Of a stretch of 64,000 bases of DNA, positions 1-12,333 are shown piece by piece. The stretch's first letter is position 1; each line of letters begins with the position of its first letter. The stretch comes from the human T2T-CHM13v2.0 reference genome, Homo sapiens: the NCBI RefSeq assembly GCF_009914755.1, contig NC_060927.1. One strand, written 5' to 3'. Made by a program: the position numbers and the translations under genes. The notes beneath the pieces are model-generated. The model was not told the DNA's origin. It was given only the letters and a program-made list of their open reading frames with translations, and made no database searches.

Positions 1-235
1 ACTTTCAATATTTTATCCATTCAGTACGATGTTGGCTATAGATTTGTAATATGGGATATTTATCTTTATGTATGTTTCTTCTGTATTCAATTTGTTGAGG
101 GCTTTTATCATAAACAGATTTTGAATTTTGAACTTTTTTTCAACATCTATTAGAATGATCATATGGGTGTTGTTCTTTACTCTGTTCATGTGATGTTCTA
201 CTTTTATTGATTTAGAAATTGATTCATCCAAATAT
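1..235 (-). mobile_element. LINE-1 ORF2 (RT region) fragment
   Basis: Minus-strand ORF 13..231 reads HMIILIDVEKKFKIQNLFMIKALNKL...ANIVLNG, a degenerate version of the L1 ORF2p segment [27 protein letters not shown]...ANIILNG. Confidence 0.9.
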
Positions 236-892
236 TCCTATAGTGTCATTTCTAAATAATTAACTGTAATGATTTTTAAATCTAATTTTTGTTTCTAAGC
301 TTGTAATTTGGTTTGCTATGTTGGAGCAGTTTTCAAAACTAAAAATTCTAAACTCTTTAACGAATTCTAATAACTCCTTGATATGTTTATTACAATGTCC
401 ATGTTTATACTTTTATTTTATTATAATTTACTGATGAAGTTTACTGTCTAAACTGCTAATGTTTTGTCTAATATATCTCCTAAAAATGGACTATTGCTCT
501 TACAGTCTATTGGCTTTACTTTTACTTTATTTTCTGTTTATAAGAATAACAATTACCTTGGAAAACTTCGGTCACCAATAAAACACAAAAAAGATGACTT
601 CCTAGCTATAACCACTGCTAATATTTTGCATTAGATTCCATTACATGTATTTTCATATTTTATTTGGGATTATACACTATGTGTTTTCCATGTCATTAAA
701 TACTGTCTGAAAGCATGACTTTAATAGCTGCATAACATGTCATCAAATTGCTTTAAACCATTTGTATTCATTTCATTTTGGTTTCTTATACCACTTTGGC
801 ATCATGTGGGAAAAGGGAGATCTTTTGATTTGGTTTTCTGGTATCAGTTTCTCCATTTCTTCATTACTCCACTGCCTTATATTATTTTCAAC

Positions 893-1505
893 TGTGGTTA
901 TGATAGGCAAAATTACAAGACGCCTCTCAAGGTTTCCACCCTTTAGTGTTCATGTCCTGTATAATCACCTCCCATTGAGTGGGAGTAGGGACAGTGAATA
1001 TGATGAAATATCATTAATTAGCTAATTTTAAGTTAATTAGAGGGAGATTACCCTGGTTGGGTCTGACCTGGTTAGGCCTGACCCAATCAGATGAGCCATT
1101 ATAAGAAGGCAAGGCTTGAGAGGGGCTCTCCTGCAGGTCTGAAGATGATGAAGCAAACTGCCATACTTTCAGGGATGTAAGGAACACATCAAGGAACTCT
1201 GGGTGGCCTCTGGAAGCTGAGAGGGGCTCCCAGTTGGCAGCTAGAAAAAAAAATGGGGACTTCAGTCATACAACCACGAGGAAATAAATTCTGTCAAGCA
1301 CCAGGGAGCTTGAAAGAGGCCCCAGACCCTCATATGAGATTGAAGTCCCACCTACCACCTTGACTTCAGGCTGGGGAAACACTGAGGAGGTAACTCAGTT
1401 AACCCAAACTCAGATATCTATATCATGGAAATTGTCAGATAATACAATTTTGTTATATCAACCTGGATTGTGATAATGTATTATACAGCAATATAAAATG
1501 AATAC
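893..1505 (+). mobile_element. ERVL-MaLR solo LTR (MLT1, G/H/E-like)
   Basis: Starts tgtggt, has an MLT1-type body (gtataatcacctcccattgagtg; cagtcatacaaccacgaggaaataaattctg) and ends ...tatacagcaatataaaatgaataca. Confidence 0.75.
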
Positions 1506-2120
1506 AATTTCTTTCAAATTTCTATCAAAACTGCCCGACTGCAGCAACTGTAGTTTAACAACTGTAGTTAAAATAAGTGTGTCTGTCTCATGGACTTTTA
1601 GATGGGTTACAGTTTCCTGCTGGGAGACATATTTTGCTATAGTTAACACACTCCTGTTTTCAACCATCCTACCAACTTGCGTGTGGTGGCATGCACATTT
1701 GATTAACTACATCATCACAATGTAAACGAATCTTTTGGCTTTTCTCTAAAGGCAATGAGCATAGTTCCACTAGAGTTAGGGAAAAGACCTCATTTTTATG
1801 GTTGAATACTTTTTATACCCATACTTCGACTCTCAACTAAACATCAAAGCTTTTTTAAAAATTTTAATAAAAGGTAAAAGAATAACCAGCAACAGAAATA
1901 ATTCAATTTACTTATGGTGAAAACTAAGAAAGCTAGGAAAATATAAATATTTTATGAGCCTTTTCTAGAAATCGTAAATTCTTCTACTTCACTAATTTGT
2001 CTAACCTCTTATTCACCTGATTTCTGATGCCTGATTATGTAGCTTCTTTTGTAAAACATTGACATTTTAATGACTCTTCTAAAGAGATACTCTTCTTCTG
2101 TCATTGCTAGTAGCTTTAAC

Positions 2121-2437
2121 TTTTTTTTTCTTTTCTTTTTTTTTTTTTTTTTTCTGAGGCAGAGTCTCACTCTGTTGTCCAGGCTGTAGTGCACTGCTCC
2201 GATCTCAGCTGACTGCAACCTCTGCCTCCTGGGTTCTAGCAATTCTCGTGTCTCAGCCTCCAGAGTAGTCGGGATTACAGGCACCTGCCACTACATCCAG
2301 CTAATTTTTGTGTTTATTAGTATTGATGGGGCTTCTCCATGTTGGTTGGACTGGTCTTGAACTCCTGACCTCAAGCGATTCTCCCGTCTCCGCCTCCTAA
2401 AATGCAGGGTTACAGGCATGAGCCACTGCGCTTTGCC
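2121..2437 (-). mobile_element. Alu (AluS-like), full length
   Basis: poly-T 2121-2153 followed by reverse Alu (gagtctcactctgttgtccaggctg ... gagccactgcgc). Confidence 0.95.
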
Positions 2438-2571
2438 AACTTTTATTTTTAAGTTTTTGGCAAATATAGTTTTAATTAGTTCCAGCCAAGAACACCTTGT
2501 TAGCATCTACTATGAACAACTTGGGAGAAGTGGGAGGTAAACATTTCTTTTTATAATTAACTTATAAAGTT

Positions 2572-2816
2572 GGCCGGGTGTGGTGGCTCATGCTTGTAAT
2601 CCCAACACTTTGGGAGGCCCAGGCGGGCAGATCGCTTGAGCCCAGGAGTTTGATAATAGCCTGAACATCATGAGGCCATGGCAGGAGAATTCCTTTGGCC
2701 CAGGAGAGGGAGGTTGCAGTGATTAGAGATTGTGCCATTGCACTCCAGCCTGGGTAATGGGAGTGAAAATCTGCCTCCAAAAAAAAAAAAAAGAAAAAGA
2801 AAAAAAGAAAAAAAAA
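2572..2816 (+). mobile_element. Alu with internal deletion of the linker and start of the right arm
   Basis: ggccgggtgtggtggctcatgcttgtaatccc...; jumps from ...aacatcatg to gaggccatggcaggagaat; A-rich tail; aaagtt on both flanks. Confidence 0.93.
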
Positions 2817-3769
2817 GTTGATAACTACTTACATTTATTCACTTTCCTAATATAAATCCTGAAAATTTTGCTTCATTTTCTAGCCTCACATATTTGTTGT
2901 AAATTTATAATTGATTCTAAAGCCTTACTATACCTTTCTCAAAGAAACTTCAGTGATAAATTCTAGAGACAAAGTGTTAAATGTTTCTGAAGTCCTTCTC
3001 TCCATTATACTTCAATGGCTTATTATACAAATCATTTTAATCTCCAGAAATCTCTTTCCTTAGTTTGTCTCATGAAAATATATTATTTTTGGCTCGGATT
3101 CCAGACTTTTTTTTTTCTTTTTTTTGGTCAATATTCAAAAGATCCGTTTAACCTCAACATATGAACCAAGTCCGTGTCTATCATAATTAACTTGTTTGTT
3201 CTTTCTCATCTTGATCTATGTGTTTTGTCTCTAAAACTAGTATCTAGAGAATCTTCTTTTTGTCCTTTAATGACAAAAATATAACATATTTCTTCCGTAT
3301 AAAATTTAAATATTAGTTTCTATATTATAAAATTTTACATAATAAAATTATTTTCACTGCACACTTTGTACTTTAAACATTTGTGATATATCATTACCAA
3401 AATCATTTCTGATATGTAGAGTAAATCTTATTTTGATATTAATTTGTATGTTCTTATCATATTTGAAGAGCTCAAACAAATTGGTTAAATACATTCTTCT
3501 GATATATTAAAGAGAATTGCTATATAACCTAGTTCTTATATTAATGCCATGTTACAAGGTTAAATTTTATTATATTTCCACAGCACTCATTGCTTTATTT
3601 TTTCCATCTTAATCTCTTTGATGTATATAGTTTTAGCATAATTATTTTTAGTTTCCAGTATCAAATTAAATCTCTCTATATATCTCTTCTCAAAAGAGAA
3701 TGTGTGGGTGGTTAGAAAAACTTCACTTGGGATAAAAGTGGATAAAATTATTCACACATGCATACACAT

Positions 3770-3965
3770 ACACATATGAAAGCAAGTTCTAAAAAAGGAT
3801 GCAATCTAGTTACCAAGTAATATGTTAATGTCAATTTTCTGGTGTTGCTATTGTACTACAGTTACATGGCATAACTGGGTGAAGTTAGGTATGGGGCACA
3901 CAAAACTCTGTATTATTTTTGAAAATTCTTGTGAATATATAATGGTTTCCAATAAAAATTTAAAT
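3770..3965 (+). mobile_element. Old L1M (L1MC/ME-like) 3' end fragment
   Basis: atgttaatgtcaattttctgg...ctctgtattattttt...gtgaatatataatggtttccaataaaaattt resembles an old L1M 3' terminus. Confidence 0.6.
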
Positions 3966-4160
3966 AAGCAGTTTAGTCACATGGGAGATACTCAAAATTA
4001 GTATTGTTATTATAGCTGTTAGTCAATGTAGCTTCTTAATTGAAATTTTTTATTGAAAAAACTCTAATTTCTAACATTAGTAAGGAATCTTTAATTTATT
4101 GATAGTTTTGCACAATTTAACTGGATATATTAAGTGTGTGTAAATATGTGTGTATGGGTT

Positions 4161-4412
4161 TCTTTTTTATTTCTTTTTATTGTTTTTTGAGACAGGGTCT
4201 CTCTCATCCAGGCTGGGCATGGTCTTGGCTCAATTCAACCTTCTCCTCCTGGGTTCAAGTGATCCTCCCACCTCAGCCTCCCAAGTAGCTGGGACTAAAG
4301 GCGCATTCCATTACGCTCAGCTAAGTTTTGTATTTTTTGTAGAGACAGGGTTTCGCTATGTCGACCAGGCTGGTCTCAAACCCCTGAGTTCAAGTGATCC
4401 TCCTGCCTCGGC
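4161..4412 (-). mobile_element. AluJ-like, head truncated
   Basis: T-rich tail then gagacagggtctc...gatcctcccacctcagcctcccaagtagctgggac...gatcctcctgcctcggc. Confidence 0.92.
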
Positions 4413-5434
4413 TGGGTTTCTCAAAGCAAGAGAAACTTATTTTTTTAATATACAGATAAATTTTGAGGTGAAAGGGAGGATTGAGAAAATCAAGTTAATG
4501 TTTATAAACAGTACTTCTTCCCATTAATACCAAATAGGGTTTTAATTAAATATAATGCTAGTAAATCAGTCTATAAGCTAATCAATTGACAGAAATATAT
4601 GGGAAATTTACTTTCTTTTGTATTTATCTAGCAGAAATAGTGTTTTAGTTAGCTAACAAGATGTACCTTATCAATGTTTAAAATGAATATTAATAATACA
4701 TTAATACCTCACTACATAAAGAAACCTGGGTTCTGAGATTATTGATTATGTAGTTGATGGTTGGCACATTGATGAGCAATTTTTTTCCCTGACATCCAAG
4801 TCTCTCCTCAGCTAGAAGTCCTGCTCTCAAGGAGACATATTTATTCTTTCAGGTCATTTGCATGCCATTTAGTGCATCATTAGTTTAATAGAGACTTATG
4901 CTCTAGTGTACCAAATGGTATCCCAGAGGCCTAAATTTGGTCAATCTAACAAATTCAATGCTAGTCTGAAATCTTAGGAAAATGGTGCTGAATCCAAATG
5001 TGAGTTAGCTGAAATTCGTATTATAACTTTGCATTGGGAATAAGATCATGTGAGGTCTCAAAGGAAACCAATCACTATTTATATAGGCCATGAGTTCTGG
5101 AAGAATCTATTAGCCTATTTTGGAATAGGAATGTGATGTGGGAGCGTGAATGGAAAATAACTCTTCAGGGACCTTATAATGTAATGTTAAAGCCAATACT
5201 CTTTCAATATATCATCTAATGAGAAATGGAAAACAAATTTCAGTTGTGTGTACTTGGAGTAATATTAGTAAGAGTATCTTCACAGTCACTTTGAGACTAA
5301 ATTCTCTTATTCCATGGTTCTACTATTTTTGCCATCTTACTCATTACAAACTTTCTTCTACATTGTGTATGATGTCTTCATTATAACCTTTTATAATTTC
5401 TAAATCTTTGTTATTAATATTTAAATACAAGTAA

Positions 5435-5530
5435 TCTATTTATTCAACAAATATTCATTGAATGTCTATTACTTTTCAAGTACTTTGTTTTATAGAAGAA
5501 ACACAAAGATGACAAGAATACAGCTTCTTT
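5435..5530 (-). mobile_element. L2 3' end fragment
   Basis: atttattcaacaaatattcattgaatgtctatt is the reverse L2 tail motif. Confidence 0.55.
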
Positions 5531-5653
5531 GCTAAATTGTTTCAAATGAAAATCAGTTACACTAAAAAATTAGTGTTTATCATATGACAGTGACCATGCT
5601 AGATATTTTGTATTACTACTCCAGTTAATTCTTGTTATAACTCTATGTTATGT

Positions 5654-6200
5654 CTGTTAATAACCAACTATCAAATCACACCAGGAATAAAACTGTAATC
5701 AAATTTAGACATTCTGATGCTTGTGATAGCAAGGAGATAGCTGCCTTTGGGAAACTCTGAAGTGTCTTAATAAGGTGTTAGGAATAGCTTATTTTAGGAT
5801 TTGGCTTTGTGTTAAGTGATTTTAGGGAAGGATTAAGGAATTGAGGGTCAGTCTGGGTGTGTAATTATTCAGAGACAGAGATAATTCTATGATTGAGTGT
5901 CTTAAAGAACCTTGTTGATGAAGCTGGAATAATAGAAGGAGACTGAAATTCTAATCGCTTAGGAAGCATAAGTAATCCAAGTTAGCATGAAAATATATGT
6001 TTGGTCATTTATATAGTTTGCACTGTGACCTTGTTTTTAATTTGTGCTCAGGCATGATGACTCTCTTAATCATTGTCACTAGTGACCTTATCTGAGGTTG
6101 GTGATCTGTGAGAATGATTAGGTTCATCAGAAGTACACCAAGACCTAGCTGTTCCTGTTATACAAGGTCCTGGCTGTCAGCAGCTGCTTTTCTATTGAAA
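5654..6200 (-). mobile_element. Old ERV-class solo LTR, family uncertain
   Basis: Purine/G-richer segment beginning tgtt..., composition resembles reverse-strand ERVL/ERV1 LTRs; family not recognised. Confidence 0.4.
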
Positions 6201-6384
6201 GTGTGCTATTATTATTCTAATAGTTTTAAGTTAAACACTGAGGCTTAAAGAAGCACTCAAATTTTAATTCTATTAGCAATCTGATAACTTCATTTCGGTT
6301 TTTCATTTAAGAGAGAATATCAACATTTCAAATAATTACAGAAAATTTATAAGTTTGTTATTTTAGACTTTAAAATTGCATAAT

Positions 6385-6657
6385 TATATACATACACATG
6401 TGTATATACGTATATACACACACACACGCGTGCATATACGTATATATACACACACACGCGTGCATATACGTATACACACACACGCGTGCATATACGTATA
6501 TACACACACAAGCGTGCATATACGTATATACACACACACGCCTGTGTATATACGTATGTACACACACACGCCTGTGTATATACGTATGTACACACACACG
6601 CCTGTGTATATACGTATGTACACACACACGCCTGTGTATATACGTATATATACACAC
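6385..6657. repeat. Alternating purine-pyrimidine minisatellite, 28-30 bp unit (CACACACACGCCTGTGTATATACGTATGTA and variants)
   Basis: About nine tandem units visible directly; source of six overlapping spurious ORFs. Confidence 0.97.
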
Positions 6658-6659
6658 AA

Positions 6660-6996
6660 AATGTCGTGCATCATTTAATGATGGGGATACTTTTAGAGAA
6701 ATGCATTGTTAGGTAATTTAGTGCTGTGGGAACATCATAGAGTATACTTCTAGAAACCTAGGTGGTTATAGCCTACTACAGGCCTATAGCCTATTGTTCC
6801 TAGGTTACAAACCTTTACAGCATATTACTGTACTGAATACTGTAAACATTTGTAACACAATTGTAAATATTTGCATATCTAAATATATCTAAGCATAGAA
6901 CAGATACGGTAAAAATAAAGTATTATAATCTTATGGGACTACCATCTTATATGCAGTCTGATGTTGACTGAAACATTATTATACAGCAGATGAATA
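6660..6996 (+). mobile_element. Tigger3a/MER7A-type TcMar-Tigger MITE
   Basis: gtgcatcatttaatgatggggatac...tataatcttatgggactaccatcttatatgcagtctgatgttgactgaaacattattat matches the recalled consensus with CpG decay. Confidence 0.88.
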
Positions 6997-7029
6997 TATA
7001 TATATCCAGAGCTTCGAAATATAAGAAGT

Positions 7030-9170
7030 AGTAACTACTGTAGTTCAAAGAAAAATGGACAAATTCATAATTATATTTAGATGTTTTAATATTTCTTTTC
7101 TAGTAACTGGTAGAACAAGTAAGAGAAAAATCAGTATGTATATAGGTGTCTTGAACTTCACTATCTATCAATTTGACCTAATTTATGTTTATAGAACACA
7201 TCAATAACAACTGAATGAATATATGTTTTTCTCAAGAACACATGAAACATTCACCCAGGTAGACCATATTCTGGGCCATTAAACAAACTTTTGCAAATTT
7301 TAAATAATACAAATTATACAAAGTATCTTCTTACTCAATAGCAAGTTTGAGCAAAAGCCAATACAAAGATAACTAGAAAATCTCAAAGTAACTGGGAATT
7401 GTACTGCAAATTTCTACATAATCTGTGGGTCAAAGAGTACATCTCAAAAGAAAATTTAAAAATTGAAGTGAATGAAAAGTTAAAATACAACATAATAAAA
7501 TTTGTGGAATGTAGCAAAGACATATGTTACAGAGAAATGTATAACAGTGAATACTTATTTAAAAAGCAAGACTGAAATAAGTATGCTAAACTTTATCCTT
7601 CACGTACTAAAAAAAATAATTAAATAGGAAGTTTAAGTAAGGTAATAAGAATAATTAGAATACATGTAAATAAAATTGTAAACAGAATAATAACAGAAAA
7701 ATCAGTGAGACAAAAAGTAGTTCTTTAAGATCAATAAAATTGACAAATGTCTAGCCAAACTGACCGTGGTGGGAAAACTCTAATGACCCCCTAGATTTTT
7801 ACCTCCTGGTGTTTACACCCTTGTATAATTCTCTCCTCTTTAGTGTGGATGGCACCTACAATTTGCTTCTAATCAATATGATCTTGCAAATGGGATAAGA
7901 TTTCACTCCCATATTTACAGTAGGTTATGCAAATCTCTGTTTTGGTAGCAAAGATTCTCCTTGCTAACTTCATGAAATATGTGGCCACATTGAGGAAAGC
8001 CATGTGGCAAGAAACTGTAGACATCCTCTTGGAGGTGCAGGCAGTCTCTAGAAGCTGAGTGCTGCCTTAACTGGAAGTCAGCAAGGAACTGGGGAACCTA
8101 AAACCTACAGTCACAAGACAATAAATTCTACCAACAACCTAAGTGAGCTTAGGAGAGGATTTTTCTCCACTTGAGCCTCCAGATAAGTACACAACCCAGT
8201 GATATGTTGATTGTAATCTTGTGAGATCTTAAGCAGAGGATCCACTTCAGCTATACTCAGAACCCTGACCCATAGCAACAGGGAATAATACGTGTGTGTT
8301 TTTTAAGCCTCCATATTTGTGACAAGTTTTTACAAAGGAATAGAACATTGATGCACTGAACAAGAGAAATAGAGAGAAGACATATATTACCATTACCAGG
8401 AATGCAAGAATGGATCACTATTGATGCTGACTTTAAAGTGATAATAAGCAATTACTATAAACAATTCTATGCCCATACACTTGACACCTTAGATTAGACT
8501 AAACTAACTCATTCCCTGAAAGACAGAAACAACTATAAAAATCCACTCAAGAAACAATAGATAATCTGAACAGCTCTACATCTACTAAAGAATCAAACTT
8601 GTAATAAAAAACCTCCAGGACCATATGGCTTTATTGGCAATCCCACCAACCATTTAAGAAAGAAAAAAATACCCATTCTATACAATATTTTTCAGTAAGT
8701 AGAAGAGTAAAGAATATTTCACAACTCATTGTATGAGGCCAGCATTTTGCTAATACCAAAGACAGGCAAAGACATCATAAGGAAAAAAAAAACACCTCAA
8801 AAAACTGCAGATCAAGATCCCTGATGAACATAAAGATACAATAATTACTAAAATATTAAAATTGAAATCATCAGCATATATACTCACACACACATATATG
8901 CACACATATGTGTGTATATATACACATAACATGTCTGTGTGTAAAATTATACATTATGACTATGTATAGTTTACCATAAGAATTCCAAGCTGTTTAACAA
9001 TCAAAATCAATAGATATAATTCAAATATAATTTATTTACAAAAGTAAATAAGAAAAGCCATATGATAATCTCAATAAATGCAAAAAAGCATTTGACAGCT
9101 AGTCATGATAAATATTCTCCATAAACAATAAGTAGAAATGTAAAAACCCTAAACCTAAGTAATATAATCT
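7030..9170 (+). mobile_element. Old L1M ORF2 remnant (EN to RT region), interrupted by an MLT1 LTR
   Basis: A-rich L1 body (catgaaacattcacccaggtagaccatattctgggcc; aactcattgtatgaggccagcatt; atctcaataaatgcaaaaaagcatttgaca). Confidence 0.85.
7765..8355 (+). mobile_element. MaLR solo LTR (MLT1E/F-like) inserted in L1M
   Basis: (c/t)gtggt...atgca termini; 5-bp TSD ctgac (7760-7764) / ctgaa (8356-8360); L1 sequence continues across the insertion. Confidence 0.85.
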
Positions 9171-9179
9171 AGACAATGA

Positions 9180-11250
9180 AGTATAACCCAGCAATTAATT
9201 AGAATTAATTATTGATTGATGCAATAATAAGGATTGATCTTAAATGCATTTTGCAAGGTATAAGAAATCAGATGCATAAGCTTACATATCATCTGGTGCC
9301 TTTATATGATTTTTGGGCAAAATCAAAATTATTGGGATGAAAAACATGTCAGTGTTTGCCAGGGATTGGATTACCAGGAAGTTGACTATAAAGGGACTGC
9401 ACAAAGAAATGTTTAGTCTGATGAAACTTTTATGGATAGTATAGTTTTGGTGGACACATCTCTTTGTGGTGGACACACATTCTTTACATTTGTCAAAACC
9501 ATAATAATTACATTTGTCATGTAGGCAAATTACATTTGTCATAACCAGTAATAAATGTTTATGCAAATATATATCTATATATCTATATATATATCTCACA
9601 GTGGAATGTGGGAAGAGCCAGTATGGATTAAAAACTGTAGTAATTGTATTTAACTGTATTTCAAGTATATTAGATAATCTTACCAAAGTGGCTAGGGAAA
9701 AAGGAAGCTGAAATAAATAGCAGGAAAACAATGTTTTGGCAAGAGTTTGTGAGGTGAAAGCAAAAACTAAAATGTACATAGAAGCTGTAGTATAGTTGAT
9801 AATATCTTTCTCATTGTGGTACAGATTAGAAAACCTGACACTATGTATAAATTAGGGTTAAATAAATAAGTGCACACATTGTAGATAATGAGGTCCAGGT
9901 TTCTCAATGTCAAAGAAAAAGTTACAATAATAATTAAGTCAAGAAGGCTAGAATTAACCCTGTTTTGCTGGAATCGTCTAAGATATTAGTAAAACTCGTA
10001 TTTTATATATATACATATGAAGACTAATACCAGTATATATGTATAAATGAATTAGCATGTATAAACACACAATCTCTATATGTTGAGCATATCTATACAT
10101 AATATATAATAGTTTCACATTTTATAATACTTAGTATACTAAGTATGGAAGTATACGTATCATATTATATATAATGTACATAACATATGAAATAGTGATA
10201 TAAATACATATGTATGTATGTGTGTGTATGTACATATTTTCCAGCTTTTGTCTATTTAAAGGTACATGAAGTTATGACATCTGAGTAACTTTGATCACAT
10301 CTACTACCTAGATCTTGGTTTCTAATACCATCCTCCAAGAAAGGAAGCCAACGTTAATTCCAGGACTGGTACAGAAAAATTATAAGATTAGCCTGGAACA
10401 TTATCTACTACTATAATATGTAAGTGAAAAAAAAAAGCGTCATATCAAAAGGACATAGAAGCCCACATAAAGGAGTAGAAACCATTTCAATAAATAAATA
10501 AATAATAATAGTACAGGCTTATAAACCAAAAAAAAAATTGATGATGTTTATTGATACAAATACATGAGATAATATTTTTTAAATGTATAGAGCAGACAAA
10601 TCTTTGAAGCTCTGAAAATGCTTTTCTAAAAATTTTTTACAATTAATTTTTAGCATCCACCAATGGATTTAACTGGCAGCAATTATTACTGTGTTGTTGT
10701 AATGGTTTTCTATCATAAAAGGAAAATAAATCTTGGAACCCAAAATCACTAAGCCATTACTAAGTTATGTTGATACCATGTATATGAGAAAGGCATTCTT
10801 CCAAAAAGTTCATAATTCCAGTCTAATAATAATAAAAAATCTCAGAAACCTGTACTGGGAGATGTTCTACTACATACATGACTGGTAATCTTCAAAATGG
10901 TGAAGAACATAAAAGACAAGGAATAAACTAGACAGTATCACAGAATGGAGGACTAAGACATAGCAACTAAGTGCAATGTAGATATATGCATGGATTAGAT
11001 TCTGGACTTGAAAAAGAACATTTGTGGAAAAACGGGTCACTTCTGACTAAAATCTGTAGTTTAATTAGTAGTATTATGCCAACTTTCATTTCTTTTTTGA
11101 TAAATGTATCAAAATAAATTTTTATACAAAGTATGTACATAATGGAGGTTGAGTTAAGGGTATGTAAGAACTCTCTGTAGTGTCTTTGCAGCTCTGCTGT
11201 AAGTATAGTAGGTTTGCAGTAACATTATAATTATTTGTCTTTATAAAAAA
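9180..11250 (+). mobile_element. L1MC/L1MD-type 3' UTR fragments with TA-rich low-complexity stretches
   Basis: gatcttggtttctaataccatcctccaa; gttaagggtatgtaagaactctctgtagtgtctttgcagc are old L1M 3' UTR motifs. Confidence 0.65.
10714..10756 (+). mobile_element. 43-bp stub of a MER4-type LTR 5' end
   Basis: aaaggaaaataaatcttggaacccaaaatcactaagc is nearly identical to the start of the LTR at 38278. Confidence 0.75.
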
Positions 11251-12333
11251 GTGTTGCTGAGTGAGACAAATATGTTTTCTAGTCATGTTGTTACTTATTT
11301 GCAAAATGCAGAGTCTCATAGTACCCCTAAAGCTTGTATGATTTAAGATAATATTCTCTTATATTGAATATACTGATTTTATTATAAACAATGTAAAGTA
11401 GCTTTCAGCGTAGGTCACTTCGTCTTCTGAGTTAGGAAGAGGTACCTTCAGCCCCAGGTCTCACACCCAGTTGTAATTCAAATGCCGGCATGAATATTTC
11501 CAGAAATTTTTAGGTCTTTGGATACTGATAGTACAGGTCAACAGCTAATAACCACCTAAAGAAAAGCTCAGTTGATTGGAATCTCTTTCCTCTACTGGAG
11601 CCATAAGTAGAGGGATAAACCTCTTAATAATCAGATGGTATAATGTTCTGCACTATTACTGACTCTGAGTTTTCTTTTCCTATAGAGAAAATGAGGGTTT
11701 GGATGTGAAATTAGGTCTAGAGCTGGGCAGTCAAGCTCGTTGGTTTACATGGGACATGCAGGCTTTGGGTTAAGCATTACTGTTTTACGTAATAATTATA
11801 TTTTGGTTATTAAAGATTAAGGTGCACAGCATTTTAATGAAAATCTATGTATTCATTTGTATTATTTTAGAGATTCTGGAGTAGAAACAATGTAGGATTT
11901 AAGTTAAAATAGTTTTAAGATTGAAACACATCTCTTTTGTTTAATATAGGGAGCCCTTTAGTAGGAACCTTACGCATTTCAGTTCCAGGTTTCTTATATG
12001 TAAACTGTGTGAAATAGTACCTAATGTAAAGTATTTTGGTAAATATTAATTGGTAGACTATTTTTGAATGTCAATCTATTTGATTTTATCTCATGTACTT
12101 CAGCTGTGGACTGAAGATTCATAATACACTTCACAAGATCAATGTACTAGAGTTCATTAGATTTTTCACAAAGCAACTGGAGCAACTGGGGCAGGGGGGT
12201 GACACCATCCCAAGCGGTGTATTAGAACATCAATCTTTAACTTATGTATCACTCTTTCTACAAGGAAAATTTGGTGAAACTATGGTGAAGTATATGTATT
12301 GGACTATCTAATTTCATTTGTGGTGGTGCTTTT

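Noticed and set aside
6347-6716. Six overlapping 76-104 aa ORFs rich in Y/T/H/V/C/I
   Set aside because: Translation of a stop-poor RY minisatellite; not genes
9449-9545. Short serial duplications (ggtggacaca x2, ttacatttgtca x3)
   Set aside because: Ordinary slippage-type micro-duplications within a decayed L1
9282-9779. Longest ORF in the track (165 aa, minus)
   Set aside because: Antisense to L1M remnants, low-complexity and hydrophobic from T-richness, with no recognisable domain
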